Positions 1 through 9,137 of a stretch of 64,000 nt of DNA are shown one piece after another. This stretch comes from Megasphaera sp. UBA5897 (GTDB taxonomy: Bacteria; Bacillota; Negativicutes; Veillonellales; Megasphaeraceae): the NCBI GenBank assembly GCA_002431345.1, contig DJEN01000050.1, positions 2,371-66,370 on the forward strand, read 5' to 3'. The notes beneath the pieces are model-generated. The model was not told the DNA's origin. It did not search any database and was given only the letters and a program-made list of their open reading frames with translations. Made by a program: the position numbers and the translations under genes. Within the stretch, counting starts at the first letter, position 1; each line of letters opens with the position of its first letter.

Positions 1-36
1 GCAAGCGGCGTAGAAATTCCTACGTGGATGAGATAA
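1..36 (+). CDS. ftsZ: 3' end of cell division protein FtsZ (partial)
   Basis: Frame 1 reads ASGVEIPTWMR*, resembling the FtsZ C-terminal peptide (xIPxFLR); followed by a terminator and nrdR. Confidence 0.6.
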   Translation, partial: ASGVEIPTWMR

Positions 37-48
37 GATAGTACATAT

Positions 49-79
49 AAAAGCGGATCCTGGCGGACCCGCTTTTTTT
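49..79 (+). terminator. Intrinsic terminator
   Basis: AAGCGGATCC-TGGC-GGACCCGCTT hairpin followed by a T run. Confidence 0.75.
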
Positions 80-116
80 CAAAAATTCCTATACTACTTT
101 TTAGGAGGAAATACCC

Positions 117-599
117 ATGAGATGTCCTTTTTGTAAAAGTGAAGATACAAAAGTAACAGATTCACGGGCGACAGATGACGGCAACGCTATTCGTCGCCGC
201 CGTGAATGCCAGCATTGCGGTCGGCGTTTTACGACATATGAAATGGTGGAAGAAGTACCGCTGACTGTAATCAAGCGGGATGGCAGCCGCGAATTATTTG
301 ACCACAATAAAATACTCAATGGCCTGCTGCGGGCTTGTAATAAACGCATGGTAACCAGACAGCAGCTGAACGACATTGTTGTAAAAGTAGAACGCACGAT
401 TCGTAATTCCCTAGTCCAAGAGGTTACGAGCGAACGAATAGGAGAACTCGTCTTAAATGAATTAAAATCAATAGATGAAGTTGCCTATATTCGGTTTGCC
501 TCTGTATATCGTCAATTTGCTGACTTGGATAGTTTCATGGCAGAATTAGAACATTTGATGGGTCATAAAAAGGAAAAACGTCATGAAGATGATGACTAA
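117..599 (+). CDS. nrdR: Transcriptional repressor NrdR
   Basis: MRCPFC...DSR...RRRREC..C..RFTTYE zinc ribbon, ATP-cone, AYIRFASVYR; AGGAGG RBS. Confidence 0.97.
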   Translation: MRCPFCKSEDTKVTDSRATDDGNAIRRRRECQHCGRRFTTYEMVEEVPLTVIKRDGSRELFDHNKILNGLLRACNKRMVTRQQLNDIVVKVERTIRNSLVQEVTSERIGELVLNELKSIDEVAYIRFASVYRQFADLDSFMAELEHLMGHKKEKRHEDDD

Positions 600-620
600 C
601 TGTATATGGGAGAATGACGA

Positions 621-2102
621 ATGACGGAAAATTACATAGATGCTTTTTTAAATACTGTGCTGCCGGGGCTGCGCATTGCTGTCATCGGTGATATGATGGT
701 AGACCGGTATGTGTTTGGCCGCGTAGAACGCATATCACCGGAAGCACCGGTCCCGGTCAACAAGGTGGAACGAGTTGCGTCCGTATTGGGCGGCGCAGCC
801 AATGTAGCAGCTAATTTGGCGAATCTGGACTGCCATGTCATGGCAGCCGGCTTGGTTGGCGACGATGACAATGCGGGGCTGCTGCGCAAGCTGCTGCATA
901 CGTCTGCTATTGATGACAGCGGTTTAATTGTGCGGCACGATCATGCGACGACAACTAAAATGCGCGTGCTAGGCTCACGGCAGCAGATGGTTCGCCTTGA
1001 TTTTGAAGAAGTTGCCCCGCTGACAACGGAAGAAGAAGACGTATTGGCAGCTTGGCTGCATACACAAATTCAGCACGGGCTGGACGGCATTATTTTATCT
1101 GATTACAAAAAGGGCGTATTGACAGAACGGGCTGCTGAGCTAGTCATTGCGGCAGCGCATGATGCAGGGATTCCCGTGCTGGTAGACCCCAAAGGCAGTG
1201 ACTGGACGAAGTATAATGGGGCTGATTTTGTTACGCCTAACATGAAAGAACTGGCAGACTGCCTGGGACAGCCAGTACCTAATGAAGGAGCTGCTGTCGT
1301 AGAAGCGGCTAAAACGCTTCATCAGCAGTATGATTTTGCCCATTTGATGGTTACGCGTTCTGAAAAAGGAATTACCGTTATTGGCAAAGACGGTAAAATT
1401 TGGAATAATCCGGCTACGGCGCAGGAAGTCTTTGATGTTTCCGGTGCAGGAGATACGGTAGCAGCAGCCTTTTTGGCAGCTATTGCCGGCCATTTATCTA
1501 TCCGCACGAGTCTGCAGATTGCCAACGCGGCAGCAGGTATTGTCGTCGCCAAGGTAGGGACGTATCCGATTCACCGCAGTGAGCTGTTAAAATTGTGGAA
1601 AGAATGGCATCCCAGCCGCTGGGCTCCGTATAAAGCACTGACTTGGGAAGAAACTGCGCAGAAAATCCGCCAATGGCAGCAAAAAGGCGAAACTGTCGTC
1701 TTTACTAACGGATGCTTTGATATACTGCATCGTGGTCACGTCCTATATTTGCAGCAGGCGGCGATGCTGGGACAGCATCTTGTAGTCGGCTTAAATTCAG
1801 ATGACTCCGTGCGGCGCTTAAAAGGTGAAACGCGGCCTTTGGTTCATGAAGAAGACCGGGCCGTACTGTTGAGTGCGCTGGGCTGCGTCGATGAAGTAGT
1901 CATTTTTACTGAAGACACACCGGCAGAACTGCTGCAGGTGTTGCGTCCGGATATCCTTGTCAAAGGCGGCGATTATAAGCCGGAAGAAGTCATCGGCAGG
2001 GAATATGTGAAACGAGTCGAAATTATTTCGTTTGAAGACGGCTATTCTACAACGGGATTGGTACAGAAGATAGCCAATTTAGCAAAGAAGGGAAAAATAT
2101 GA
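621..2102 (+). CDS. hldE: Bifunctional D-glycero-beta-D-manno-heptose-7-phosphate kinase / heptose-1-phosphate adenylyltransferase
   Basis: RISPEAPVPV, DVSGAGDT (PfkB kinase) and FTNGCFDILHRGH (cytidylyltransferase-like) motifs. Confidence 0.95.
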   Translation: MTENYIDAFLNTVLPGLRIAVIGDMMVDRYVFGRVERISPEAPVPVNKVERVASVLGGAANVAANLANLDCHVMAAGLVGDDDNAGLLRKLLHTSAIDDSGLIVRHDHATTTKMRVLGSRQQMVRLDFEEVAPLTTEEEDVLAAWLHTQIQHGLDGIILSDYKKGVLTERAAELVIAAAHDAGIPVLVDPKGSDWTKYNGADFVTPNMKELADCLGQPVPNEGAAVVEAAKTLHQQYDFAHLMVTRSEKGITVIGKDGKIWNNPATAQEVFDVSGAGDTVAAAFLAAIAGHLSIRTSLQIANAAAGIVVAKVGTYPIHRSELLKLWKEWHPSRWAPYKALTWEETAQKIRQWQQKGETVVFTNGCFDILHRGHVLYLQQAAMLGQHLVVGLNSDDSVRRLKGETRPLVHEEDRAVLLSALGCVDEVVIFTEDTPAELLQVLRPDILVKGGDYKPEEVIGREYVKRVEIISFEDGYSTTGLVQKIANLAKKGKI

Positions 2103-3064
2103 AAATAGTAACAGGCGGTGCCGGTTTTATCGGCAGCAACATTGTAAAACAATTAAATAACCGCGGTATCAATGATATCCTCATCGTTGATGACTTGACG
2201 GACGGCCGCAAATGCCGAAATCTGCAGGGGCTTGATTTTTATGACTATATGGACTATGCGGATTTTGATGAACAAATGGCTGACGATACATTTGACTGCG
2301 GCTATATTGACGTCGTCTTTCATGAAGGAGCCTGCTCCGATACGATGAATTATGACGGCCGCTATATGATGAAGAACAACTACGAAGGCAGCAAAAATAT
2401 CCTGCGGTACTGCATGCAGCGCAAAATTCCGTTTTTATACGCATCTTCTGCTTCCACCTATGGCAGCGGCAAAAACGGATTCCGTGAAGAACCGGCTTGC
2501 GAACAGGCATTAAATCCCTATGCCTATTCCAAACTGCAGTTTGACCGCTATGTGCGCCGCATGATGCCGAAAGCCAAGAGCCAAATTGTTGGGTTTCGGT
2601 ATTTTAACGTCTTCGGACCGCAGGAAAACCACAAAGACCGCATGGCTTCATTAATTTATCAAAAATTCCATGAATTGCAGGAAACGGGGAAAATCACCCT
2701 CTTCCAAGGAACGGCAGGCTATGCGGACGGCGGCCAGATTCGTGACTTTGTCTACGTCAAGGACGTCGTCAACGTTATTTTCTATTTTTGGGAACACCCG
2801 GAATTATCCGGTATTTATAACTGCGGCACCGGCGTAGGCCATTCATTTAATGAATTTGTTCAAGGTGTCATTGATTACTGCGGCAAAGGCCATATCGAAT
2901 ATGTGCCGTTCCCGGATATTTTGAAAGGCAAATACCAAAGCTATACGCAGGCCGATACGACAAAATTGATGGAAGCTGGTTATGACCGCGGCTTTACGCT
3001 GCTCCATGAAGCCGTCAAAGAATACTGCAGTGTTCTCGACAAAAGCAATGGGTATTACGAATGA
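2099..3064 (+). CDS. hldD: ADP-L-glycero-D-manno-heptose 6-epimerase
   Basis: VTGGAGFIGSN, HEGACSDT, YxxSK, KGKYQSYTQAD. Confidence 0.95.
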   Translation: MKIVTGGAGFIGSNIVKQLNNRGINDILIVDDLTDGRKCRNLQGLDFYDYMDYADFDEQMADDTFDCGYIDVVFHEGACSDTMNYDGRYMMKNNYEGSKNILRYCMQRKIPFLYASSASTYGSGKNGFREEPACEQALNPYAYSKLQFDRYVRRMMPKAKSQIVGFRYFNVFGPQENHKDRMASLIYQKFHELQETGKITLFQGTAGYADGGQIRDFVYVKDVVNVIFYFWEHPELSGIYNCGTGVGHSFNEFVQGVIDYCGKGHIEYVPFPDILKGKYQSYTQADTTKLMEAGYDRGFTLLHEAVKEYCSVLDKSNGYYE

Positions 3065-3573
3065 GAAAAGCCGTTTTTTTTGACCGGGACGGCGTACTGA
3101 ATGTCGACAAAGGGTATTTGAGCCGTATTGAAGATTTTGAATGGATAGACGGTGCCAAAGAGGCACTGGCCATGCTTACCCGTTTGGGCTATGCGGTTAT
3201 TGTCGTGACCAATCAAAGCGGCGTAGCCCGCGGCTATTATACAGAAGCCGATGTGCAGAAACTGCATGCGTGGATGTGCCGGGAAGCCAAGCGTGCCGGC
3301 GGCGTGATTACGGCCGTATATTACTGCCCGTATTTGGCAGGAGCGCCTCTTAAAGCCTACGACAAACAGAGCGATTGGCGCAAACCCGCGCCGGGAATGG
3401 TTTTACAGGCCATAAAAGATTACGATATTGATGCATCCCAGTCATTTATGATCGGAGATATGCCCCGTGATGTCGAATGCGGCGAGCGCGCCGGCGTGCA
3501 GGGGTATCTCTTCCAAGGCGGCCGGCTGGATGCGCTTGTCCGGCATATTATAGAAGAAAGGAAACAGTCGTGA
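3061..3573 (+). CDS. gmhB: D-glycero-D-manno-heptose-1,7-bisphosphate phosphatase (HAD)
   Basis: FDRDGVLN, VTNQSGVARG, RKPAPGM, MIGD; operon context. Confidence 0.92.
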   Translation: MRKAVFFDRDGVLNVDKGYLSRIEDFEWIDGAKEALAMLTRLGYAVIVVTNQSGVARGYYTEADVQKLHAWMCREAKRAGGVITAVYYCPYLAGAPLKAYDKQSDWRKPAPGMVLQAIKDYDIDASQSFMIGDMPRDVECGERAGVQGYLFQGGRLDALVRHIIEERKQS

Positions 3574-4607
3574 AGGAGTACAAGAATATATTAATCATCA
3601 AGATGAGTTCTCTTGGCGATGTTCTTCATGCTCTGCCGACACTATACGCGCTGCGGGAAAATTGTCCCAAAGCGCGTATTGTTTGGGCGGTACATGAAAA
3701 CTTTTCTGCTGTGCTGCCGGGAAAACCGTATATTGATGATGTTGTATATATCGATAAAAAAAGACTGAAATCACTGTCATACTGGCGGCAGCTGCGCCGT
3801 ACGCTGCATGCCTATCATTTTGATGTATCCTTTGATTTGCAGGGACTGGCCAAAAGTGCTATTGTCGCTTGGAACAGCGGGGCTAAAGAAAAATACGGCT
3901 ACTGGGAAATGCGCGAAGGGAGTTTTCTAGTCAGCAAGGGATTAAAGGGCAGCCACCAATATGACCATGTGATTGAACGGTATTTGGATACCGTACGCGT
4001 CTTGGGCGGCAAGGTCGATGCTATAGAATTTCCTCTGCCGGATATATCAGCTGTACGGTCTGCGATGCAGCAGCGTCTGCATGCCGACGGGATGCAGGGA
4101 AACTATATTGCTGTGGTGCCGGGTGCGCGCTGGGCCGTAAAAGAATGGCCGCTTGCGCATTGGCAGGAATTTGTTCGGCGTGTTACCGATACCGGTATGA
4201 ATGTACTGCTGCTGGGAAGCAGTGACGATGCGGCAAAAGGACAGGCCATTACGGCAAATGTGCCGTCTCCGCATGTTTTTGACTATACCGGCAGGACGAA
4301 TCTCAAAGAACTGATGGCAGCCATTGCCGACGCTCAGTTGTATATCAGCGCGGATACAGGTCCGCTGCATATTGCCAATGCCTTAAAAAAAGAGCTGATT
4401 GCCCTCTTTGGGCCGACCTGCCCGGATAGAACCGGCCCATATGGCGGCGCGGACAGTACGTATATTCATATGATTATTTCGCCGACCTCCAAGGCAACGC
4501 CGGCACAGCCTTTAGTTGACGATCCGCAGTGCATGGCTCACATTACAGTAGACAAGCTTTGGCAGGTGTATACGGCTGTACGGAAGAAGGTGGAGAACGA
4601 TGATTAA
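3570..4607 (+). CDS. GT9 LPS heptosyltransferase (WaaC-like)
   Basis: ILIIKMSSLGDVLH, DLQGLAKSA, DTGPLHIA; GTG start overlapping the gmhB stop. Confidence 0.85.
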   Translation: MKEYKNILIIKMSSLGDVLHALPTLYALRENCPKARIVWAVHENFSAVLPGKPYIDDVVYIDKKRLKSLSYWRQLRRTLHAYHFDVSFDLQGLAKSAIVAWNSGAKEKYGYWEMREGSFLVSKGLKGSHQYDHVIERYLDTVRVLGGKVDAIEFPLPDISAVRSAMQQRLHADGMQGNYIAVVPGARWAVKEWPLAHWQEFVRRVTDTGMNVLLLGSSDDAAKGQAITANVPSPHVFDYTGRTNLKELMAAIADAQLYISADTGPLHIANALKKELIALFGPTCPDRTGPYGGADSTYIHMIISPTSKATPAQPLVDDPQCMAHITVDKLWQVYTAVRKKVENDD

Positions 4608-5649
4608 TTTACGACATAAGAAGATTATAGTGACATTTCTCATGCATTTGGGTGATTTGGTTTTGATAACACCTTTTTTGCAGGTGCTGCGGCGCCATGC
4701 GCAGGGGTCGGAAATTACATTGGTTGTCGATGAAAAAGTAGCCGATGTGGTCCGTTATAATCCGCATATTGACCATCTCATCACCGTAGACAAAAAAGGA
4801 AAGGATAATTCTATCGGCGCGCTGTGGCGTATTGGCCGGGAATTACACAAAAATCACTACGATATATTGATTAATCTTCACCCTAACGAACGGACTTCTT
4901 TTTTGGCGACGGTTATTCATGCCAAAGAGTTTATGGGTATGAGTCATTTTTTGGCTCGTCCCTTTATGGACAGATACACCCGCTTGGATCGGCTGCATCT
5001 GCATGCTGCCGATATGTACATCAACGTCTTGGAACAACTGGGCATTGATGACTACCGCACGGACGGGCTGGAGTTGTTTACCTGCCCGGCATGGGATGAT
5101 AAGGCCGCTGCGTTTTATACACAGGCAGGGGTCGGCCCTCATGATACGGTGATAGGGTTTAATATAGGCAGTGCCGTACCGCAAAAACGGTGGCCGCCTA
5201 AACGCTTTGCCGCGGTAGCAGATTATTTTGCTGAAAAAGGCTGCCGCTGCGTCTTTTTTGGCGGTTCTATGGACGCTGCCATGGTAGAGGAAGCCGTTTC
5301 CTTTATGAAGTACAAGCCGTTAATTGGGACTGGTAAATTTTCGATTGGCGAATTGGCATCTGCCATCCGGCGGTGCGCTCTTTTTATTACCAACGACAGC
5401 GGTCCCATGCATATTGCCGTGAGCCAGCACGTACCGCTTGTCGCCTTATATGGCCCCAGTAATCCTAAATTTTATGGTCCCTATACAGATAAAGCGATTG
5501 TCTTGGAATCTACAGACCAATATGAAATCGGCAAGAGCATGAAAAAAATCATCAAAGAAGGAAAATATAAAGGCATTTCGGTTATTCCTATGAGCCAGGT
5601 CATTGAAGCAGGTGAAGAATTATTGGCGAAATATGCCCAAAAGCCGTGA
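4600..5649 (+). CDS. GT9 LPS heptosyltransferase (WaaF/WaaQ-like)
   Basis: HLGDLVL, KRWP, NDSGPMHIA, LYGPS. Confidence 0.85.
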   Translation: MINLRHKKIIVTFLMHLGDLVLITPFLQVLRRHAQGSEITLVVDEKVADVVRYNPHIDHLITVDKKGKDNSIGALWRIGRELHKNHYDILINLHPNERTSFLATVIHAKEFMGMSHFLARPFMDRYTRLDRLHLHAADMYINVLEQLGIDDYRTDGLELFTCPAWDDKAAAFYTQAGVGPHDTVIGFNIGSAVPQKRWPPKRFAAVADYFAEKGCRCVFFGGSMDAAMVEEAVSFMKYKPLIGTGKFSIGELASAIRRCALFITNDSGPMHIAVSQHVPLVALYGPSNPKFYGPYTDKAIVLESTDQYEIGKSMKKIIKEGKYKGISVIPMSQVIEAGEELLAKYAQKP

Positions 5650-5721
5650 TTTTATTTTTTTAGTAAATATGATATAATGTGATAATATAGTGTTATTGTG
5701 TGAATAATGGAGGTGTTCTCT

Positions 5722-6300
5722 ATGAAGAAAATAGTATTAGCCAGCGTATTGGCTGCTCTCGTTTCTGTTAGTGCTGTTTCCTTAGCAGCCCCCTTGAAAA
5801 ATCCACAGCAAGGTGACTTCAAAGCCAATGCCAACTACGGCTTCTCGCAAAAAGAAGGCAAACATGATGCATCCAGCCGCTTTACGGGCGGTGATTTGAC
5901 ATATTCCCTGACGGATAAATGGGACATTCAGTATGTAAATAATTACACGAAAAGCGATGCAGCCAAAGTCAATGAACACTACGTACTTGGCAACTATCGC
6001 TTTACGCCGTACTTATCTGCGTATGGCGGCGGCTCGTATGTAAAAACGGATACATACAATACCAAGAAAAATTATGGGTATCAAGTCGGCTTGAGAGGTC
6101 AGCTTCCGTTGACAGATAAGCTGCAGGGGTTTGCTTCCGTCGGTGTCGGCGATGATATTAACACCTATGAAATTGGCTTGGGATATGACATTACCAGCAA
6201 CTGGGATGCGCATATCAAATACCGTGACAGCAAAGTAGATGTCGATAACTACGATGATAATGTCAAAGGCTGGCAAGTCGGCATGGGGTATAAGTTTTAA
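5722..6300 (+). CDS. Outer-membrane beta-barrel protein / porin family
   Basis: Signal peptide MKKIVLAS..SLA, alternating aromatic beta-strands, C-terminal GMGYKF ending in Phe. Confidence 0.8.
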   Translation: MKKIVLASVLAALVSVSAVSLAAPLKNPQQGDFKANANYGFSQKEGKHDASSRFTGGDLTYSLTDKWDIQYVNNYTKSDAAKVNEHYVLGNYRFTPYLSAYGGGSYVKTDTYNTKKNYGYQVGLRGQLPLTDKLQGFASVGVGDDINTYEIGLGYDITSNWDAHIKYRDSKVDVDNYDDNVKGWQVGMGYKF

Positions 6301-6321
6301 CTAAAATCTCGAAATAACAAA

Positions 6322-6351
6322 TTGACAATGTACAGTATCGTTTCGTATAAT
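6322..6351 (+). promoter_or_regulatory. Consensus sigmaA promoter of the raiA-motif RNA
   Basis: TTGACA (6322-6327), 18-bp spacer, TATAAT (6346-6351); predicted start near 6358. Confidence 0.85.
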
Positions 6352-6357
6352 AAATAA

Positions 6358-6559
6358 GATATGTGCTGTGGTTGCAAGTCGATGCCAGGCGCAGGCCAAG
6401 CGATCCACGTAAGGAGCTCAAAGCGGCTCTGATCATAGTGCGCCCTAGAAGTAAGACCTGCCGCAAAAAGCGAGAGAGCTAGTAGTGGGGGATGCAGACC
6501 ATCTATGAGCGAACGTTCCAGCAGGCGAGTGTGGGGATAAAAACCAGGTCAGGCATATC
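6358..6559 (+). ncRNA. raiA motif RNA
   Basis: Carries the raiA-motif blocks as recalled: GUGGUUG.AAGUCGAUGCCAG, CGAUCCACGUAAG, UAGAAGUAAG.CCUGCCG, UUCCAGCAGGCGAGUGUGGGG, ACCAGGUCA; closing helix GAUAUGU/GCAUAUC. Confidence 0.9.
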
Positions 6560-6560
6560 C

Positions 6561-6595
6561 AAAAGGGGCTGTCGCAGAAGCGGCAAGCCCTTTTT
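6561..6595 (+). terminator. Intrinsic terminator of the raiA RNA
   Basis: AAAAGGGGCTGTCGC-AGAA-GCGGCAAGCCCTTTTT. Confidence 0.8.
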
Positions 6596-6804
6596 GCATG
6601 TGCTTTTGGCCGTACCCGACTATCTGTACAGCGCATTGGCTCTGCATTTCCATTCATGGGCAGCCGGAAGCCGTGCAGGATGAGCAACAGCGTATGCGGT
6701 GCTTGCGGTGGCAGTATGTGTGGATTTTATTTGACGTTTTCAAAACGATATAGTAAAATATAAAAGTATTTATATTCAGATGCTTGGAGGAGTGAGACCT
6801 GTCG

Positions 6805-7263
6805 ATGAAGGTGGATATACAGTCTGTAGACAGAGAAATACAGAAAAATCCGTTTGACAGTTTTATGGATTTTCATGTGAGCAAAGCTGATGAAGAAAGT
6901 ACAGTCCTCGTTTTTGAAAATAAGGGAACTTCATGGGACAATCCGAACGGTACGATGTATGGCGGCGTTTTATATTCTATGTCAGATTCTGCGATGGAAG
7001 CGGCATGTGCTGTCTGCGGTAAGGCGGTGCTGACATTGGATTTAGCCATGAATTTTCTCCGTCCGGCTTTTTCGAATACGACGATTCGCGCTGAAGCCAG
7101 GGTGATTCATAATGGTCACACGACCATGGTCGCATTATGCGATTTTTATGATAATAACAATCGCTATTTGGCACATGGAAAAGGTACCTTTTTTGTGACC
7201 GGGCCGTATACGATAGCTGGCACAGACAGCCGGGAAGAAAGGGGTTCCCTGACGCATGAATGA
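6805..7263 (+). CDS. PaaI-family hotdog-fold thioesterase
   Basis: NPNGTMYGG..YSMSD, TLDLAMNFLRP, ARVIHNG. Confidence 0.85.
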   Translation: MKVDIQSVDREIQKNPFDSFMDFHVSKADEESTVLVFENKGTSWDNPNGTMYGGVLYSMSDSAMEAACAVCGKAVLTLDLAMNFLRPAFSNTTIRAEARVIHNGHTTMVALCDFYDNNNRYLAHGKGTFFVTGPYTIAGTDSREERGSLTHE

Positions 7264-7678
7264 CATGATGAAGCAGCGGCTCCTGCATATTCAGCAGGGA
7301 ATTATGAGCAAGACACCGTATTTTAAAAATCTGCCGTGTACGATAGAAGATGCGGACGAAGGATGGATTCGGCTGTCTTTTGATATTAAGCCTAATTTGT
7401 GCAATTATCGGGGTATTGCTTCGGGCGGCGTGTTGGCTGCGTTTTGCGATACGCTTATGGGAATTGCCAGCCGAACGCTGGGATTTCAAGTAACGACATT
7501 GGAAATTAATATGAATTATATCCGCCGCGTGGAAGCCGGGCATCATGTAATTGGTATAGGACAGGTAGTCCATCACGGTGGCAAGACAATTGTCGTAGAA
7601 TGCGAATGTTTTGATGAAGATGGAAATGTCGTTGTAAAAGGACGTTCTTCTTTTTATGTTTTAGGACGACTTGATTAG
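7256..7678 (+). CDS. PaaI-family hotdog-fold thioesterase
   Basis: NYRGIASGG..AAFCD, TTLEINMNYIR, VVHHGGK. Confidence 0.85.
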   Translation: MNDMMKQRLLHIQQGIMSKTPYFKNLPCTIEDADEGWIRLSFDIKPNLCNYRGIASGGVLAAFCDTLMGIASRTLGFQVTTLEINMNYIRRVEAGHHVIGIGQVVHHGGKTIVVECECFDEDGNVVVKGRSSFYVLGRLD

Positions 7679-7719
7679 TTAAAATATTGGTTTAGAAAAC
7701 GGAAGGTTGGTTAGCAGAT

Positions 7720-8859
7720 ATGGATTTTGCCTATAATGACGAACAAAAAGAAATTATCAAGGTTGTTCGCGATTTGGTAGAAAAAGAAATTGTCCCGTAT
7801 GCAGGAGAAATGGATGAAACGGGTAAACTTCATGAAGGATTGTTGGAAAAATTAGCAGCCCAGGGACTGTTGGGCGTAGCAATTCCGGAAGAATTCGGCG
7901 GCGCAGGCTTAGATGCCATTACGATTGCAGCTATTTATGAAGAATTGGGGAAAGGCTGTGCCGGTGTAGCGACGACTGTCGCTGCCAATGCGTTGGCTTC
8001 TTATCCGGTTATTATTGCCGGCAATGATGACCAGAAAAAACGCTACTTTGATATTATCAACCAGGATAACTTGGCGGCATTTGCATTGACAGAACCGGGT
8101 ACAGGCTCTGATGCAGGTTCCGTTTCTACACGCGCTGTTAAAACGGAAGACGGCAAAGGGTATATTTTAAACGGCACGAAATGCTTCATTACCAACGGCG
8201 CCTTGGCAGAAGTTTTCGTTGTCTTTGCCAATACCCGCAAAACAGGCGGTATTCGCGGCTTGACAGCGTTTATTGTCCGTAAAGGCACGCCGGGCTTTAC
8301 TGTAGGCAAGGCAGAAAACAAAATGGGGATCCGTGCTTCCAATACGACAGAACTGATTTTCCAGGACTGCTATGTGCCGGTAGAAAACCGGTTGGGCCGT
8401 GAAGGACAGGGCTTCCGCATTGCCATGAATACATTGGATGCTGCCCGTCCGTTTGTCGGTGCTGTATCTGTTGGCATTGCAGAAGCGGCATTCCGTGCTT
8501 GCTGTGAATATGCAAAAGTCCGGGTACAGTTTGACAAACCGATTGCTTCGTTCCAGATGGTACAGAGCATGATTGCCGATATGGCTATGCAGGTAGAAGG
8601 AGCCCGCCTTTTGGTACACCGTGCCTGCTGGATGAAAGACCAGGGCATGGAATTCAGCCGTGAAGCGGCTATTGCCAAATGCAACGCATCGGATGTAGCT
8701 ATGCAGGTAACAACCAATGCCGTACAAGTTATGGGCGGCTATGGATACATCAAAGAATATCCGGTTGAAAAATATATGCGTGATGCCAAAATCATGCAGA
8801 TTTATGAAGGCACCAACCAAATTCAGCGTTTGGTTATTGCCAACAAGACATTATACTGA
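7720..8859 (+). CDS. Acyl-CoA dehydrogenase (butyryl-CoA dehydrogenase-like)
   Basis: FALTEPGTGSDA, NGTKCFITNG, KMGIRAS, RDAKIMQIYEGTNQIQR. Confidence 0.93.
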   Translation: MDFAYNDEQKEIIKVVRDLVEKEIVPYAGEMDETGKLHEGLLEKLAAQGLLGVAIPEEFGGAGLDAITIAAIYEELGKGCAGVATTVAANALASYPVIIAGNDDQKKRYFDIINQDNLAAFALTEPGTGSDAGSVSTRAVKTEDGKGYILNGTKCFITNGALAEVFVVFANTRKTGGIRGLTAFIVRKGTPGFTVGKAENKMGIRASNTTELIFQDCYVPVENRLGREGQGFRIAMNTLDAARPFVGAVSVGIAEAAFRACCEYAKVRVQFDKPIASFQMVQSMIADMAMQVEGARLLVHRACWMKDQGMEFSREAAIAKCNASDVAMQVTTNAVQVMGGYGYIKEYPVEKYMRDAKIMQIYEGTNQIQRLVIANKTLY

Positions 8860-8896
8860 TACAATATAGGAGTCACATATCGTGACCTTATATACG

Positions 8897-9113
8897 GCAA
8901 TGAAAAAGAGAGTATATGCTGGACATCTGAAAACAGGGAACGCAGCCGTAGATTGAGAGCTGCGTATCAGATAAGGTATACGGTTCACTTTGGAGCTTTT
9001 CGGCTGAACGGAGTAGGCTGGACGGGAGTTCCCGTTACTGAACACATGAGACACAATTAGGGTGGTACCGCGAAGTCAGACTTTCGCCCCTTTCCGGGGC
9101 GGGAGTCTTTTTT
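8897..9113 (+). promoter_or_regulatory. T-box riboswitch (Phe) leader of pheST
   Basis: TTC specifier candidate at 8984-8986, T-box AGGGTGGTACCGCG at 9059-9072, terminator GACTTTCGCCCC..GGGGCGGGAGTCTTTTT. Confidence 0.92.
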
Positions 9114-9137
9114 AGTATGAAGAGGAGGATTATACAA

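Noticed and set aside
6445..6687. Short ORFs on both strands over the raiA RNA
   Set aside because: They overlap a structured ncRNA and its terminator and lack an RBS or recognisable protein features
6596..6730. Unexplained 135-bp GC-richer spacer after the raiA terminator
   Set aside because: No convincing stem, repeat or ORF could be supported by eye
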